A DNA stretch of 64,000 nt from assembly GCA_036172245.1 (NCBI GenBank), contig JAYWIR010000011.1, forward strand, positions 2,542,001-2,606,000, in the 5' to 3' direction. This document shows positions 1 to 13,200 of this stretch, in pieces. The position numbers and the translations under genes were made by a program. This stretch comes from Raillietiella orientalis. Lineage: Eukaryota. Within the stretch, counting starts at the first letter, position 1. Every line of letters begins with the position of its first letter. Below the pieces are notes generated by a model. The model worked only from the letters and a program-made list of their open reading frames with translations. It did no database searches and was not told the DNA's origin.

Positions 1-470
1 AGTCTGACTTGTCGCAACTGAACCGCATCGGTACCTCTGCAACAGCTGAGCGGATGGTAGATTCCTCAACAGACATGGTCAGAGCATCACCCAGACAGCA
101 TAATTGTTATGCATCTCCTGCATCCGTATCTCAGTTGTCATATACTTTACGTTCTCTTTACGCAGCCTTGTGGTGCGTCCTTGGAGACCCTGTCTGAAAA
201 AAACCGCAGAGAAAGAGATCAGCAGTCCAGGGATGCTTGCCGATCGTGCTCTCCTTCAATCAGGATTACACTAAGAGGACCGCGTCTTCAACAGCAAAAA
301 GATGAACTTGCCCATATTCTGGAGAGAATGATAAGGACTTGAGGGAGACAAACCACTGATGCTCCCTTAGTCCTTTTTTATTCAAAAATTCATTTTTTTC
401 CGTTTGTTCTCTGGATTTTTTCTTGGTCTATTCACCTCCTACCCTTCCAATCCCCGATTGCGAACCTTTC
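1..470 (+). mobile_element. 3' fragment of decayed L1/Tx1-like non-LTR retrotransposon
   Basis: Translation 'LYAALWCVLG...DELAHILERMIRT*' (stop 340-342) parallels the C-terminus of other copies ('LAALCCLRG...EELAGNLQRM*'); followed by a T-rich 3' UTR as in those copies. Confidence 0.55.
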
Positions 471-899
471 CCAACAAGCTACCTGGGAGCAGAAAAATGC
501 CTCCTAGGCATCCTCCGACATAGCGAACCCAGCTACCAGCAGACGAACTTCCGTGACCGACCTCATCGTGAATGTTCGTTTTTCTCAGGAAGCGACCCGG
601 CGAATCCCGTGGAAACTGTCAGCACGTAAGAAAAGCCATCCCTTCGCCGCGGGACGGCAAATCAGCGCGTGTCCAGGAGGCGTTTTCGCTCGAAAGCAGC
701 TGGCTCAGCGAGGTCCACACGGGGGGGGGGGAGAAGAGCGCAAAGTAGAAAAAGAAAGGAAGAACATAAAAATCGTCTTCAAAGAACTATGAAGGGTGGA
801 TTGGAGTAAAGGGAAAGGGCATGAATCCTCCCTGGAGCCCTCGTCAAAACAAGTTCAAGGACTTGCAGACAAGTTCCTCCTTGTGGCGTAAAGGGTGAG

Positions 900-2753
900 G
901 CCACCTGGTCTTCGTCCTCGAAAAGAAGGACTCGACATCCTCGTCGGCTCAGGTTAAAGTCATCTGATTGCAGGTGACTTTAACCTACGTCTGCTGTCAG
1001 GTGCGCCGGACACACTAAGGGTCAACGACTTGTGCGCAGGAATGCACACGTGCAACTTGTTGGCCGGAGATCCAGCAATGGCGAACAGCGCTGATCACGC
1101 GTTTCTGGACCAGCATCTATGTTCACGCGTGGGCAGGCGCGACAGTCGGCAATGGTCGGAGCTGTCCGACCATTGACGACTCGTGCTCGAGGTGCATCAG
1201 CGCGACAGGGGTCCCCCCTCGAATGAGTGGCGTCTGCCAGGGGACCGAACACTCTGGGAGCCGCGGAACATTTCCGCGCGTTGATACGGGGGTTCAGTAT
1301 GCGGACACTTCCGGATTGGGACCGCTTCATGCTTTCGGTCCGGGAGTTCTGACGGACGAAGGGTCTCCTGAGAATCGCCCTTTGGGGCAGAGGAAGGCCC
1401 CGAGTCCGGCTTGCGGACTTGTGCGCTTGACGTCGGAACGGCGGTCTCGGCCTCCTGACGCTGGAGCGGCTGGAGCGTCAGTTCCAGTTCCGGATAGTTG
1501 CCTTCATGGCGAAGAATTGGAGCACCAATTGATGGGACCTTGCACGCCTCCTCGTCGAGCAGGCCACCGGCAACGCGAGACTCTCATGCTACCTTGCACT
1601 CCGGAGCCCCACCTGCCACTGCGGACTGCAGCTTCGGAGGGCGAACAAACTCGCGAGGACAAACCCAGGATGGATCTCCATCCGCCCCGCGAATGGTAGT
1701 GCCTGGCTTCAGGAAACCGTTCGCACGTGGGCGAGGAGCCAGGAGCAACGCGCGCAATAGGAGCGAAGATTCCTGTTCGCGAGGCACAGCAACTGTACGC
1801 TCCGAGAGATCCTGGAGGATCCCCGAAAACTTCCCTTGATGCAGAGCTGCCTTCCCTCAGGGAACATCTGGGCAGCGACAATGCGGCAAAATGGGAGATT
1901 GACGTGAAGATCTCTGGAACGGAGAAGAGGATCGGGAAATGGAAAACTGGCCACCTGACCAGCACTGCGACCCCCACACGGACTCTTGCGCTAGGGGTGA
2001 GCTGCTGGATGTTCCTGCAGAACATCTGAAGGGGCCCCTGGTGCTTATGAACACGCGCACCCTCCTCACGAAGTGGCAACAGTCGGCGCTTCTGGTGCCG
2101 CATTGGGTTCTCCCATGCAACGCCCGCCATCACCACTGGACGCAAGGGGGTGTAAACCTCAATAGTGTCAGGTGTGGGGAGCGAGAATGCCTCCCCACCT
2201 GTTGGTGGACTGTGTGGCCCTCCGGTCCCTCTGGGAACGCTTTGACGCGGCCCTGGGAACCCCCGCAGGCAACTTCAGGGACGCTTTAAAATCCCTCTTC
2301 GTTCGTGACGCCCTTCGGCCAGCGGCCTCCCTTGCAGCCTTGTGCTGCCTACGCGGGATCATCGCAGCCTGGAGGAAAGCAACGGGAGGACCCAGCGATA
2401 GGGATGCCAGCGAATACGCCATCCGCTTCCTGAGGATGGCGACGCGATGGCCCTACCTGGAATCCCTTATTCAGGAAGAGCTTGCCGGCAACCTCCAGAG
2501 GATGTAATGGGCCTCCCAGCAGACTGTGATCCCTTCTTGCTCCCTCGCTAGATCTTTTATTTATTTTTAACTTTTGTTTTTCTTTTTGTTTATACCTCCC
2601 TCCCTTCTGCTACCGAGGTGGACCGTACCGGTCTGCGAACCGGTGACCCGGCAGGCTTTGTACATCTAGCGCGTGGCTGGACCACTGTACCAGCCAGCAC
2701 AGATCCTCCAAATGCTGCATTAGAAAGAATAAACGCTTCGGCGCACCCGGGTG
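900..2753 (+). mobile_element. L1/Tx1-like element, internally deleted (APE endonuclease + C-terminal Cys/His domain, no RT)
   Basis: GDFN at 973-984 and SDH at 1165-1173 in the same frame. Post-RT segment 'RTKGLLRIALWGRGRPRV' from ~1351. 'RCGERE..PHLLVDC' knuckle at ~2170-2215; stop at 2505-2507; AATAAA + terminal hairpin at 2728-2753. 5' boundary approximate. Confidence 0.7.
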
Positions 2754-3668
2754 GGTATCGTCGGCGTGGCTTCTCGCGGTCACGACATCGCGGACGGAGC
2801 AGAGAGCTGCGATCAGAACGGCGATCGACATGGCGCCACGTAGCCAAGAGGTGCCTCGACACGTCTTGCGGGTTGTTCCTTGGGGGTTGTAGGACGGTAG
2901 TAAAACGCCCGAGTGACTCTCCGAAGGGCAGCAGACGCAGGAATGCTTCCGTTTCACGGTACCTGAAACAGCTTGAGGTTGCATTCCTCCTGGTCCGAAT
3001 GCCGCCCTACTGCCATGCCGTTTATCACTCCTCCCTTCCCTATCTCGCTCGATTCACTGGGGCCTCCTCCCGAACGAAGAAGAGCCGACAACACGTCCCC
3101 GGACGAGCTTAGCAAAGAACGCTCACGCGCGCACTGCCCAGTCGTGTGGATGCTGGAAGCAAGAGATGCGAAGGGGGCAGCGCGGGTCCCGGACCGGCGT
3201 TGCGAAGAGGTTGCTGCCGAGGAAGGGTCTCAGCAGCTCTTCGCCACCCGCCTTTCGCTGCGTGCCAGGAACGGTAATACCCGAGGCGGGAGTTGCCTCT
3301 TTCTGAGAGTCCATCGTGCTGAGAGGTACGCAGCGGCACGGTCGGCATGCGGAACAGCAGAGAGTCTCCAGGAAGAAAAGCTGTAAACGCAGCGGCAGCG
3401 CCCGTTCCACCTCACCCCCGGAATCCCGAGACTGCCGTGAGGCCGGTCTATGCCCTCTTTCCCTTCCCCAGTCTGTGTGTCTGCAGATCCTCCCTCCTCG
3501 CACTTCCTTCCCACTGAAATGACTGCCGTTTGACGGGAGTTTCGGTTTTTTCCCAATTGCTGAGACACTTCACCTGGGCATCTCAGGTGGTTTTTCACTA
3601 CCAGTCGACGGTTACGTCTCCCCTGCTCTGATAGTCTGAGACCCTTCCAGGCTTCCGACTCCTGGTTT

Positions 3669-5170
3669 GTACCCAGTCACGCCGAGACTTTCACTTCAGA
3701 ACGAATAAACTGCAAATCCGGGGTCCTTGGGCGTCTCCCGAGTACAAGCAAACAACAATAACAGCACGAAGTTCAACGGCGATGACCACCGGCACGTAGA
3801 CCGGCTTTTAGGGGAGTCCGGAGCACAAGGAGGCGACAAGAAAGAAGAGGGAGAGGGGACAAGATGGGGGGGTAGAGACAGGGGTCTTTGGTTTCGATCT
3901 CTCCTCTCTCCGAGAAGCGGCTGTGGATGGTAGCCATTTCCCTGAAGACTCCTTCTGACAGGTGGGGCCGTCTTCATGAAGGCGGTTGCCAGGCTGTTGG
4001 CCTTCCTCCTCTGAGAACGAAACTCCATCACCGAGAAGTCCCTGTGACAATGGCGCGGAAGCAGCATGCCGTCGCGACCATAGCGCCGCAGAAAGTCCTT
4101 GGCTGTGTCCTCCGGGTGGCAGACCGCCGAAGCGAGTCGCCACCACATGTCCTTCGTGGCACCGCGGTCCAACAGTTCGGGGAGGCAACTCCCACGCGAA
4201 CCAGGAGCCTGCGCTGGTTGCAGGGTAATCCCCTCAGAGCAGAAACAGCAAAGCATCCTGTGGTTCCTACCGCAGAGGTATCACCATAGTGTCTGCACAC
4301 GGGGGGGGAATGGTGAAGAAGGTTGCGCGTTCTTCGGGGCGCACACCGAGCAGGTCGTTCCACAGAAGGAGCCCCTTCGTCCGGGACCGAGTGGCAGCGT
4401 CCATCTATTCGCTCGTCTTGCAATGGTCGAGGAGTTTCTCGACTTCTTCAACGCTGCAGGATAAATTCCGCCATCACGCCGGTTGGCTGCTGCCGTTGGT
4501 TGTCCCGAGGGTGTGCAGTGCTGCGGCAAGGGGCGGGACGGCTATCCGGAACCGTTGAGTCCAGTCCAGCAGGATACCTCCTAGTGGTTCGCAGTGGAGT
4601 TTCCGAAGCGGAAGAAGTTCCTCTGGGAGCACTGCCAGTGTGGCAACCCAGGACTCTGGTGCCTCCTGCCGCCAGGCATCCCCGTGTTTTGAGTGACAGG
4701 GGATCCAATAGTGGGATTCCAGCAAGGAGGACAGTTTCCCTCTTGATACGCGGCAGGAACGAGAGAAGTCCTTCTCTGCCGGCGCATCCGGAAGATGAGG
4801 CTTGCTGGAACGCGCCAAACGGAGGTCCTCAATTTGGCAGGGAGTGCCAAAAGACGAAACTGCACCTGCAGTCCGACTTTGTGCAGGGAGTCAAGGAGGG
4901 GGGCGTGCAACTGTGAACTTCCAGTCAAGCAATCGCAAACGTGCAGCTCGGCTCGCGCACAGACGTCCTAACATACGCGATCTTCAGGCCCGACCTTTGG
5001 GTGGAAAAGGACGGATCTCGCCAGTGGTGGAGTCATGGAAGGAGCTGCGGTGTTCACTGCCCTCCAGCAGGGGTACTTCCTTCAGCAACTCGTTGGCCTT
5101 CTGCTTGGCCTACCGTCGCTCTCAGGCGTTCCTCCCCTCCGTGTGAAACGGAGGGAGCACAGCAATGGCA
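3669..5170 (-). mobile_element. Decayed non-LTR retrotransposon 3' portion (subfamily B)
   Basis: Terminal hairpin at 3669-3688. 3' UTR/C-terminal DNA (~3860-3920, 4200-4580) is similar to 6910-6965/7310-7650 and 56975-57035. 5' end uncertain. Confidence 0.6.
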
Positions 5171-5539
5171 GTAAAGGCAGAAAAGGAGCAATCCTTAAAA
5201 TCCATGAGTCCAGAAAGGGAATCGAGGAAAGGACTTATACACAAGAAGCAAGACAGCAGTGCAAACAGGGCTGCACATGCGTGTAACGTCCCTCGCTCCT
5301 GCAAAGCGCTGAGTCCAGTCCACCTTCGACGATGGTCCTTTTCGTGAGCATTTCCGATGACGGAAGAAGGTATCCAGGAATGCTCAAAGTGGAGACCTCG
5401 GACAACGAAGAAAAGATTGTTACTCTCCAGCAGGGGGCAGTACGAGTGACAACATTTGTCGGGATGGCTCAGAAACAGCCGTGTCGGAGATGTTGGTGAG
5501 TCGCCGGGCGAGACGAGAAGCACACGTCATCTTCCCAGC

Positions 5540-8345
5540 GTCGATGGGAGGAATCGCGGTCTCTCGCCGTCTCACTACGCCAGCGGGCCACGTGAGGGCA
5601 AGAAGAGGCCTTCCATAGCCGCCGCACTTCTCCCAATCGGTCTCGTACTCCTGCAGGGAGATTCGTGCCTTCTCCGACCAGGAGGTTGCTGGGGTCGAGG
5701 GAGACAAGGTCGGGAAGCTACAATGTCGCCGGAGCTCCGCACAACCATGTAGAGCCGCGTTTCCTTGTTTAGCCCAGGGTATAGAGGGTGGCGCGCAGAG
5801 GTCGTGTCGGCGAGGGCGGACGAGTGGACCAGCTTGCCTCCGAGTGGTCCGACTCGATGACTCGATCGACCCTGTCGCCGCGAAACGCGTACGCGCCGAG
5901 GGAACGCGTTCTTTGGTGCTCTCCAGAGTCAGTGGCTAGTGGACCACCGCTCCAAAGTGGCTCATCCCATCACGGGGGACTTCAGTGCCCACCGTAGCAG
6001 GTCCATGAGGCAAAGCGAACGAACTGCGCGCGCAGCTCGCCAGCTGGCGAGCCTGGAATGATCTCCGGATCTCGCCTTCCTCGACGAGCGCCTTCTCCCT
6101 CGCGCAGGGAGGGGGGAGGAAGAGAATGATCTGCTCTTCTCGACCGTCGCAGGTCGGGGTTGGAACTCCCTTTCCTGGAAAGGAGCTTCGTTTGGAGGAT
6201 GCAAGTAGACTGGCTCGGCCTCCCGGGAGCTGTGGGGCATCTCTACCAGTTCCTCCTTCCTTCAGCTGATTCCCCTTGCATATGCCTCCTCACATCTTCG
6301 AAGAGGGCGTCGTGGGAAGAAGCAGAGGCTTTCTGCAGGTCCGCACCTTCTCCGGGCGTGCGCGGACGTCCCGCGCTTGGAGGGCTGCGAGGCGCGGGCT
6401 GTGTCAAGTCTGGCAGTCTGGAGCAGTATGTCTGCTCGACGGCCAGGAACGCTCTTCCCCGGACGACCCACGCGTGTTGTCAGGCGCCATACTGCTCGCT
6501 GCTCGCGGGGGCCGCCTCTCGGAGCTGCTGCCGCAGGCGCATGCCCCAGCTGTGGATGAGAAGCAACACGCATCTCGGAGTCCTTCGCTTCGGAGAAAGT
6601 TCCCTCCTCCATCTTGGGGCGCTCAAGAGGATGAAGGCACCAAGTGCGGATGGCCTGTCAGCGGAGTTCTTCCGGTGCCTCGCGGAGGAGCCAGCCCCTT
6701 GGTGTCGACCCTCTCAGTGCTGATGAGGCTTGTACCCGGTCACGCCGGGACATTTATTGGAAAACAAACCACAAGTTTGAAGGGATTATATCCCTCCGAG
6801 ACACAAGAAACGCCCATACAAAAAGTTTAACCCGGAAAACCACCGACACGCAGGCTGGCTTCAAAAAAGAAGGGAACGGAAGGAGGGGACTCAAAATAAA
6901 TAAAAAAAGAAGGGAGGGTGGGGATAGGGATCTTTGGTTTGAAACATTCCTCTTCTTCTAGAAGCGCCACTTGACGATGGCTACTTCCCTGGCGACTTTT
7001 CTAGGCAGATGAGGCCACCTTGCAGCTGCCTCCATGAGGTTTGCTGCTATGCTGGTGGCATCTTTTCGCTGCGAACTTCTTTCCAGCTTACGATGGGCTG
7101 TCAGGATGGTGCGGATGCAACAGATTGTTGCGATCACAGCGCCTTTCTTCAGTTGCCTTCGCTGAAGAAGCGTTGCAGCAGGTTGATGACAGTGTCCTGG
7201 GGACGACGAGGTGCCGAAGCAAGTCTCCGTCATAACTACTGCAAGTCACTGCAGTCCAGAAGTAGGTGCGGAAGCGACTCCATCGCCTTGCACCTGAGAC
7301 AGTTTGGGGAGGCAACTCTCCCGGAAACCAGGTGCCTGCAGGAAGCCTCAGTGCAGGAACAGCGGAACATCCTGTTTTCAGCGAACCGAGGTGTCCACGC
7401 ATAGGGAAGGGATCACGAGTTCTTCAGGAGGTACACCAAGAAGTTCACTCCACCGAAGAAGTCCCTTTGCCCGGTAAGGAGGAGTGGCAGCTCTCGTTCT
7501 GCAGCCGCTCAAAAGTTTCTCGACTTCTGCAATGTTGCAGGAGAACTCTCACCCTGCCAGTTGGCTACTGTCGTTGTTTGCCCTGAGGGCAGACAGCGCC
7601 GCAGCCAAGGGTGAGACGGCTACCCGGGACCAAAGCGACCAGTCCTGGAGGATAACTCCAGCGCTGATGAGGGAGGCAGACCTTGCGCTTGCCTACTTCC
7701 TTCCGGCAAAGGTGCGTCTCCTGCCAATAGGAGGAGCCGCCCGCTGTTCCAGCTGCTTAAACGGGGGGGGGGTCCTCCTTTCGGTAGCTGGCATCCGATC
7801 ATATTGATGGATGCGGATGTCAGATTGCCCTCGAAGCTGTAGACAGCGCAGCTCGGAAGGGTGGTGGATTCCTTGGTAAGTGTGGAGCAGACATACACTG
7901 TTCCAGGGAAATCCATGAGCGCCGATCCCTTTTTCGCTCAGACTTGCAGCATCGCAGGGAAGTGAAAGCTGCGATGGGCTGCGGGAAGAGGAAGCGACAG
8001 CGGGTGGAGACTCGGAGGTCGCAGTTGATCTGCAGAATTCTTTCCGTCGGCCTCCCCCTGAATCTCCTGGAACGCCTCCGCCTTCCGGAACACTTGCTGT
8101 TCTACCTGAGCTCCTGCTGGTCATAACACGATGACGAGCATCCCTTCCAGCGTTGGTTTTCGCGTGTACGGTGTGCCTCCATACTCAGAGGCATCAGGAG
8201 GGATACCAACTTGCTCTACTTCAGCACCTTCTTCGAGTCGGTGCTAAAGGAGCGCGGACGGATGCTGGCCGACCTGCCGGCTTCCTGCTTGTGCATGCCG
8301 ACCGTGGCCGCCTATGCAGACGACCTGCTCCTCCTGCCGCCCGCG
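5540..8345 (+). mobile_element. Frameshifted L1/Tx1-like ORF2 (endonuclease + RT), interrupted by a nested insertion
   Basis: Ordered motifs: LVLLQ (~5640), NAYAP (5884-5898), ITGDFSAH (GDFS 5975-5986), KAPSADGLSAEFF (~6635-6672), WHPIILMDAD (~7790), EQTYTVPGKS (~7885), AYADDLLL (YADD 8313-8324). Confidence 0.8.
6729..7658 (-). mobile_element. 5'-truncated non-LTR element (subfamily B) nested in the RT region of another copy
   Basis: Flanked by CAGTGCTGATGAGG (6715-6728) and CAGCGCTGATGAGG (7659-7672). Minus-strand AATAAA at 6753-6758 and hairpin at 6731-6752. C-terminal peptide 'NLMEAAARWPHL'. Confidence 0.8.
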
Positions 8346-8619
8346 TCCACCCCGGTTTTCAGGCACGGGGACTTCTTCGACTCGATCCCGTCCAGGGAGC
8401 GGGCGCGCGCGCCAAAGGAAGCAAAAGCACGGCCGTCACCAGTCGGCGCAACGGGAGAGAGAGGGGGGAGGGAGAGGCAGTCTACTGGATCCGCCCGAGG
8501 GCTCTTACGAAAAAGTGTTCAAGCACCTCGGTACTCCGTCGAGCGCCTTCCGTGTCCCGTCGCAGAAGCGAGTTCAGACTTCCTTCAAAGGTCTAAAGGT
8601 GGCTATCGGTTCCCTCCTC

Positions 8620-10280
8620 TATGGTAGGTCCTGAACGCTGTCCAATCCAACCCGAGGGTGCCTGTAGTAGCTCTTCAAGTTAGGGGTTCACTCCGGGAGA
8701 GGACCACGCTGTGCATCCAGGAAGTGCTCCGGATGAAGGAGTCTTCCATTCCTCGCACGCTTGGAAGGGAACTCCAGAGGGAACTAACTCTTCCTCATTC
8801 TCTCTGAAGGGACACCCCGGTTTGTGGGGGCCGCTCCTGGAATTTTCTCCTCTGAGGAGAACTCGGAAAGGATCCGCTCCTCGTTTCCTCCTACTCTGAA
8901 GAAAAACCTCGAAGGAACGCTTCCCGATCTTCTCTGGAGGGTGCTCCCTGGAGGGAACCTGGAGGCCAACCAGCGTCGTTCTGTGGCGGGTGCTCGAGAC
9001 CCACGACTCACTCATCTCTTGATGTCGGTCGCTCCCACTTGTGAGATTCGAACCACGGCGCCTGGTGCCACGCACGGAGACCTCAGCAGCCACACAGACG
9101 CCGACGTGGTCCCCCCCTATTCAATGGAGCTCCAGGCTGTTGATAGGAGTCCTGAGGTTCGTGATAAGCCTCAAGGACTTTGTGGCTCCGCGCAAGGGTG
9201 CCGGAGCCTGACGTTGGACAAGGTGGAAAGTTCCGGACACTGGCCATCTCTCTGACAAGTTGTGAACTACCCTGTGGCGCATGCCAAGGCCTCGAAGGAC
9301 TCGTTTCCATGCCTCCGCATGACCCTCAAAAGATAAAGGAGTAAGGACATCCCGAGCAGGGTGGCGTCGACATTGGACCTTCTGCAGTCCGCGAACTTAA
9401 ACGCTTGTCTGACAGGGGTCTGAGGAAATCTGAGTGTCCATTTTCCAAGTGACCCCGGAAGAAATTCGTGACCTTGAGAACCTGCGCAGCATCCCTTTGG
9501 AAGTGCTGCTGCAGGACTCCAGGACTGGTCCAGACCAGCGGTCACACCCTACGCTGTGCAGCCTTGTCTGTCCTTAGAGTGAGCCATGGTAACATCAAAC
9601 CAGCAGGGAGGGAGTTCTTCCCCACTGAGAGACCGGCTAAGCTCGAAGAGACGGCTGGAGGACGAGCGAGCCAGTCTTACCCTCCGCTTTACCGGGTCGA
9701 GGGATGGTTTCGCTGGTGTGGAGCTCCTCGGTGCTTCCTCCACAGAACTGGTGGCCCTCTGCCCCTCCTTTGGACGCTTCGATGCTGCCTCTCAAATGGA
9801 AGCTCCAGGCAGTGCCCCTCTTTCCGCACTGGAGGCTCCAAGTGCAGAAAGGGCCTCCAGCACCTCGTTACCGGGGGAACTGCATTTCCGTGCCGTTTCG
9901 GGTGCGGGGAGATTCGAATCGTTCCCGCATCCGCTGCTGGACTGCGGAGTCCTCCAAGAAATCCGACGGAGGCTGGCACAAGTGCTGCTTCATTCAGAGG
10001 GCACCGCAAGGGCCCTGCCCGCGACACCTCCTCGTGGGCGACGGGCCTTCGGGTGGCGTCCGGATCGCGACGTGGAGCTGCGTCCGAGCCATTCCGGTGT
10101 CCGACGGCATTAGAACTACGCTCGCGGCAGCCTTCACGAGGAGCGCAGGGAGGTGATCCCATTGCGGAAAGAATTTGCCGAGGAGATCGCCTGCATGCTG
10201 CTCCAGTACTAGGAAGGAGGGAAAATCCTACCCCAAACATCCTCGTCCCGGAACCTTTTTTTATATATTTATTGCCCTTT
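8620..10280 (+). mobile_element. Subfamily C LINE derivative (degenerate endonuclease-like region + C-terminal domain)
   Basis: 8630-9100 is homologous by eye to 34870-35570 (+) and to 41460-40977/38794-38635 (-). Later peptides 'LPLKWK..' and 'ESFPHPLLDC' match the family C-terminus. T-rich 3' UTR at ~10255. Confidence 0.6.
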
Positions 10281-13200
10281 TCCCATCCTCCTCGGACGCC
10301 ATCCCGGTCGCTACCTCCTTGTTTAGGAGGGTGATGAGATGGCAGAGATACGAGGAGGAGGCAGAGGACCCAAGGGAACCAACCAACTGTGGTACCTTCC
10401 CGCGTAGTTCTCCCATTCCCTCCCAAAGCACCACACAGATGTTTTTCTGTCTTTCCATTCTTTCCGTTTCCTCTTCTCGCCTTTCCGAAACGGGATTTGC
10501 CCGCCAGCAGGCTGGTCACACGCCATGGGACTACATTCATCTTCTTGAGGATTTCTCGAGGTCCGAGCAAACACAAAACTTCTTCGGAAAAACGAATCTG
10601 GAGGCTGTGAAACCAGGGATGGAGTCGAATTGCTTCCGTCTCACGCCCGGATGTTGCCTCCAGCTCCACATAATCAGAAACCAATCAAATTGCCGGATCT
10701 CCCTTCGAGAACGAAGATCCACATCTCGAAGATCAGCAGGAATGCCAACCCCTCTGTATCTCTTATTGCTGCCAGCAACCGGAAAGTACCCAAGATGAAG
10801 ATTCGGGAGCCGCGTTTTTACATGCCCGAAATTTCTCACTCATCGGCTGGCAAGATGGGGCCGACGGAAATTTGGAGAGCAGCATTTTTGACCGCTGCCA
10901 TAGAAGAATCCAAAGCTCTGCATCCAGATGTGTAGAGTGGAATTCCTTCCGCTTTCCGCGCTTCATGCTTTTCCGGTATTCTTATATATTGAGGAGGACA
11001 CGGGCCAAGTGCATTCGCAAGCTTCCTTGTGCAGACTCGAGATGATAAAGCATTCGTCACCAATACCTTCATCGCAGGCGAAGATCAATGACTCGCTGTC
11101 TCAAGAATATTCGAAAAATGGAACTCTTCTTACCCATTTTTAATTCATGAATGAAAAAACAACAACAGCAACAACTACGGAAGAGCAGTCTACGGAGAAG
11201 ATGAACACATCGGTGTTCTACGATCTCCAAGTCACGGTGAATGCAGACTTTTCTTACCTGCTGCCGTTTGCACCAGCCAGCTCTGCATTACCCAACGCGG
11301 ATCCTCCAGCATTTGGTGACTTCACTCGCGTGCAAAGCAAATTCACGCGCGAAACGCGAATCCGAGGGAGAACAACGACGAAATCTCTCAGCAAGGCTCA
11401 AGCAGTGTCGACGAAATAGTGATCCTCTGCGGAAACTTTCGATCTTGGAGGGATGTCGCGGCGGGGTCCCGTTGGAAATTCTCTGGACCGGAAAGAGGGA
11501 GGGGACAGAGAGAACGCTCTCGGTTGTTTTTCGGAGATACGAAGCTCGTTTGACAAGAATAAGCCCGAAATGCACATCTGAGGCTCGCAACTGGTTCGCG
11601 ACGTTCATTCCTTCAGAATGCCACGGAGCTTCCAAGCAGCCAGCAGTGCCACTAGGTGCCGCTGGAAAGAAACACAAATACTGCCCTTGGAACGGACACT
11701 TTCGACAAACCATTCAGAAAGATCGATTTCTTAGCTGAACTTGGGACTGGACGAAGTGATGGGATCAGTGTGGGAACTGACCATGGAACCACGCAGGGAA
11801 GCGCTTCAGAATCCCTTCACAAAAGCATTTGCAAACTGCACTGGAATCCGTAATTTGCTCCTGTGCTGCTATCGGTCAAAGATAATTCTGATCCGTCAGC
11901 TTGAGTCGTTTAAGAATTCGTCTCGAGGCTCAAAAGTCATGCTGAAACCTCTTAATCCCAGATCGTCAACACCAATCGGCCAAACCATCCCCACCGTCAC
12001 TACCCGCTTCGCGGCAAACACGATCGTGACTGTTGTGCATGCACCAGCGGCAGCTTTGAAATACCATTGAGTAATCTACGGCTGACTGTCAAATCCGGGA
12101 AACAGGAATGCACCGGGAGTTGCAAACGTTGGTACTTGGGCGAGCCTGCATGTGTGCCTGCCGAACCAGAACACTTGAATTTCCCCGACAATGTCATTCT
12201 TCCATTTAGGGTGCTTTTCAGGGTTCCCAGAAACAAACTTGATCCTTCCGTTAATTTAAAATCCTCTTCTGTGATCATTCCATACTCCCCATTCGACTCT
12301 CTTCGCTCAGTTTTGATTTGCCCTAACACATGCCATCTATTTAAATTCGGCAAAGTGTTGGGACTCTTTTTTCAACGGAACTTTTGGATCCTCGCTGTGA
12401 TTCTGCTGATTTACACTGATAATTACTCGTTTTTCAATCTCCTTCGAAAAGAGTACTGAGCAATTACAATTTACTGAAGTATATGAATAAACATTACGCA
12501 TAAAACGTGATACACCTCAAGAAGACGCATTTTTCCTTTTCTTCTTCTTCAGAATCCCTGATTTAATTTAATCACTGATACAAAAAAAAAAAAAGGAAAA
12601 AAAAAAAAACAATTTAACGCACTTGACTATTTTATTTCTATTTACAAGGTATAAGTGTAAGAAAACATCTCAGGAATGAAATAATAATAAGTAGAAGCCT
12701 TACCACATTTGTCCACCTTGCAAGTAAAAATGCTTGTACTACATGACTAAATTGTTTTGTTAAATAATTTACAAAGAACAATAATATCAGTGCTAAGGAA
12801 ACCTTTGATGTAATTCGACCAGAAGGTCGTTCACACTGCAAAGGAATGGCCTGCAATTTTTGGCAAGCATGACACGGAAATCTCGGGAGTCCCTCATCCC
12901 ACGTGGAGTGCATTACAATGCATTACAATGAAATAAACTCCTCTTAAGATGGACTCTGCTAATGAATGCGTACTGTTTATGTCTCGAAATCGTGAAGTAC
13001 TGTGCCTTTGGGAGCACATGCTCGTTTGGCACGCAGTGAGAACGCCAAAAACCTTTCGCGTAGGTACACGCAGGCCTCGCAGCGCAACCCAAAGTTCCGT
13101 CTTTCGTGCTAAACGGCGCCGCCCTTTTGGCCCTTAAGCTGCAATAATTTTCGCGTGGCCTCTTCTTCATCGGCGCTGGAAGGATTCTTTGCTGCAACAG

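Noticed and set aside
635..658. GCCATCCC/GGGACGGC hairpin as a ninth terminal motif
   Set aside because: Loop size and stem sequence do not fit the pentaloop consensus, and there is no AATAAA.
6720..6765. Hammerhead ribozyme core (CTGATGA...GAAA)
   Set aside because: CTGATGAG is part of the target-site duplication, and the required stems I and III could not be built.
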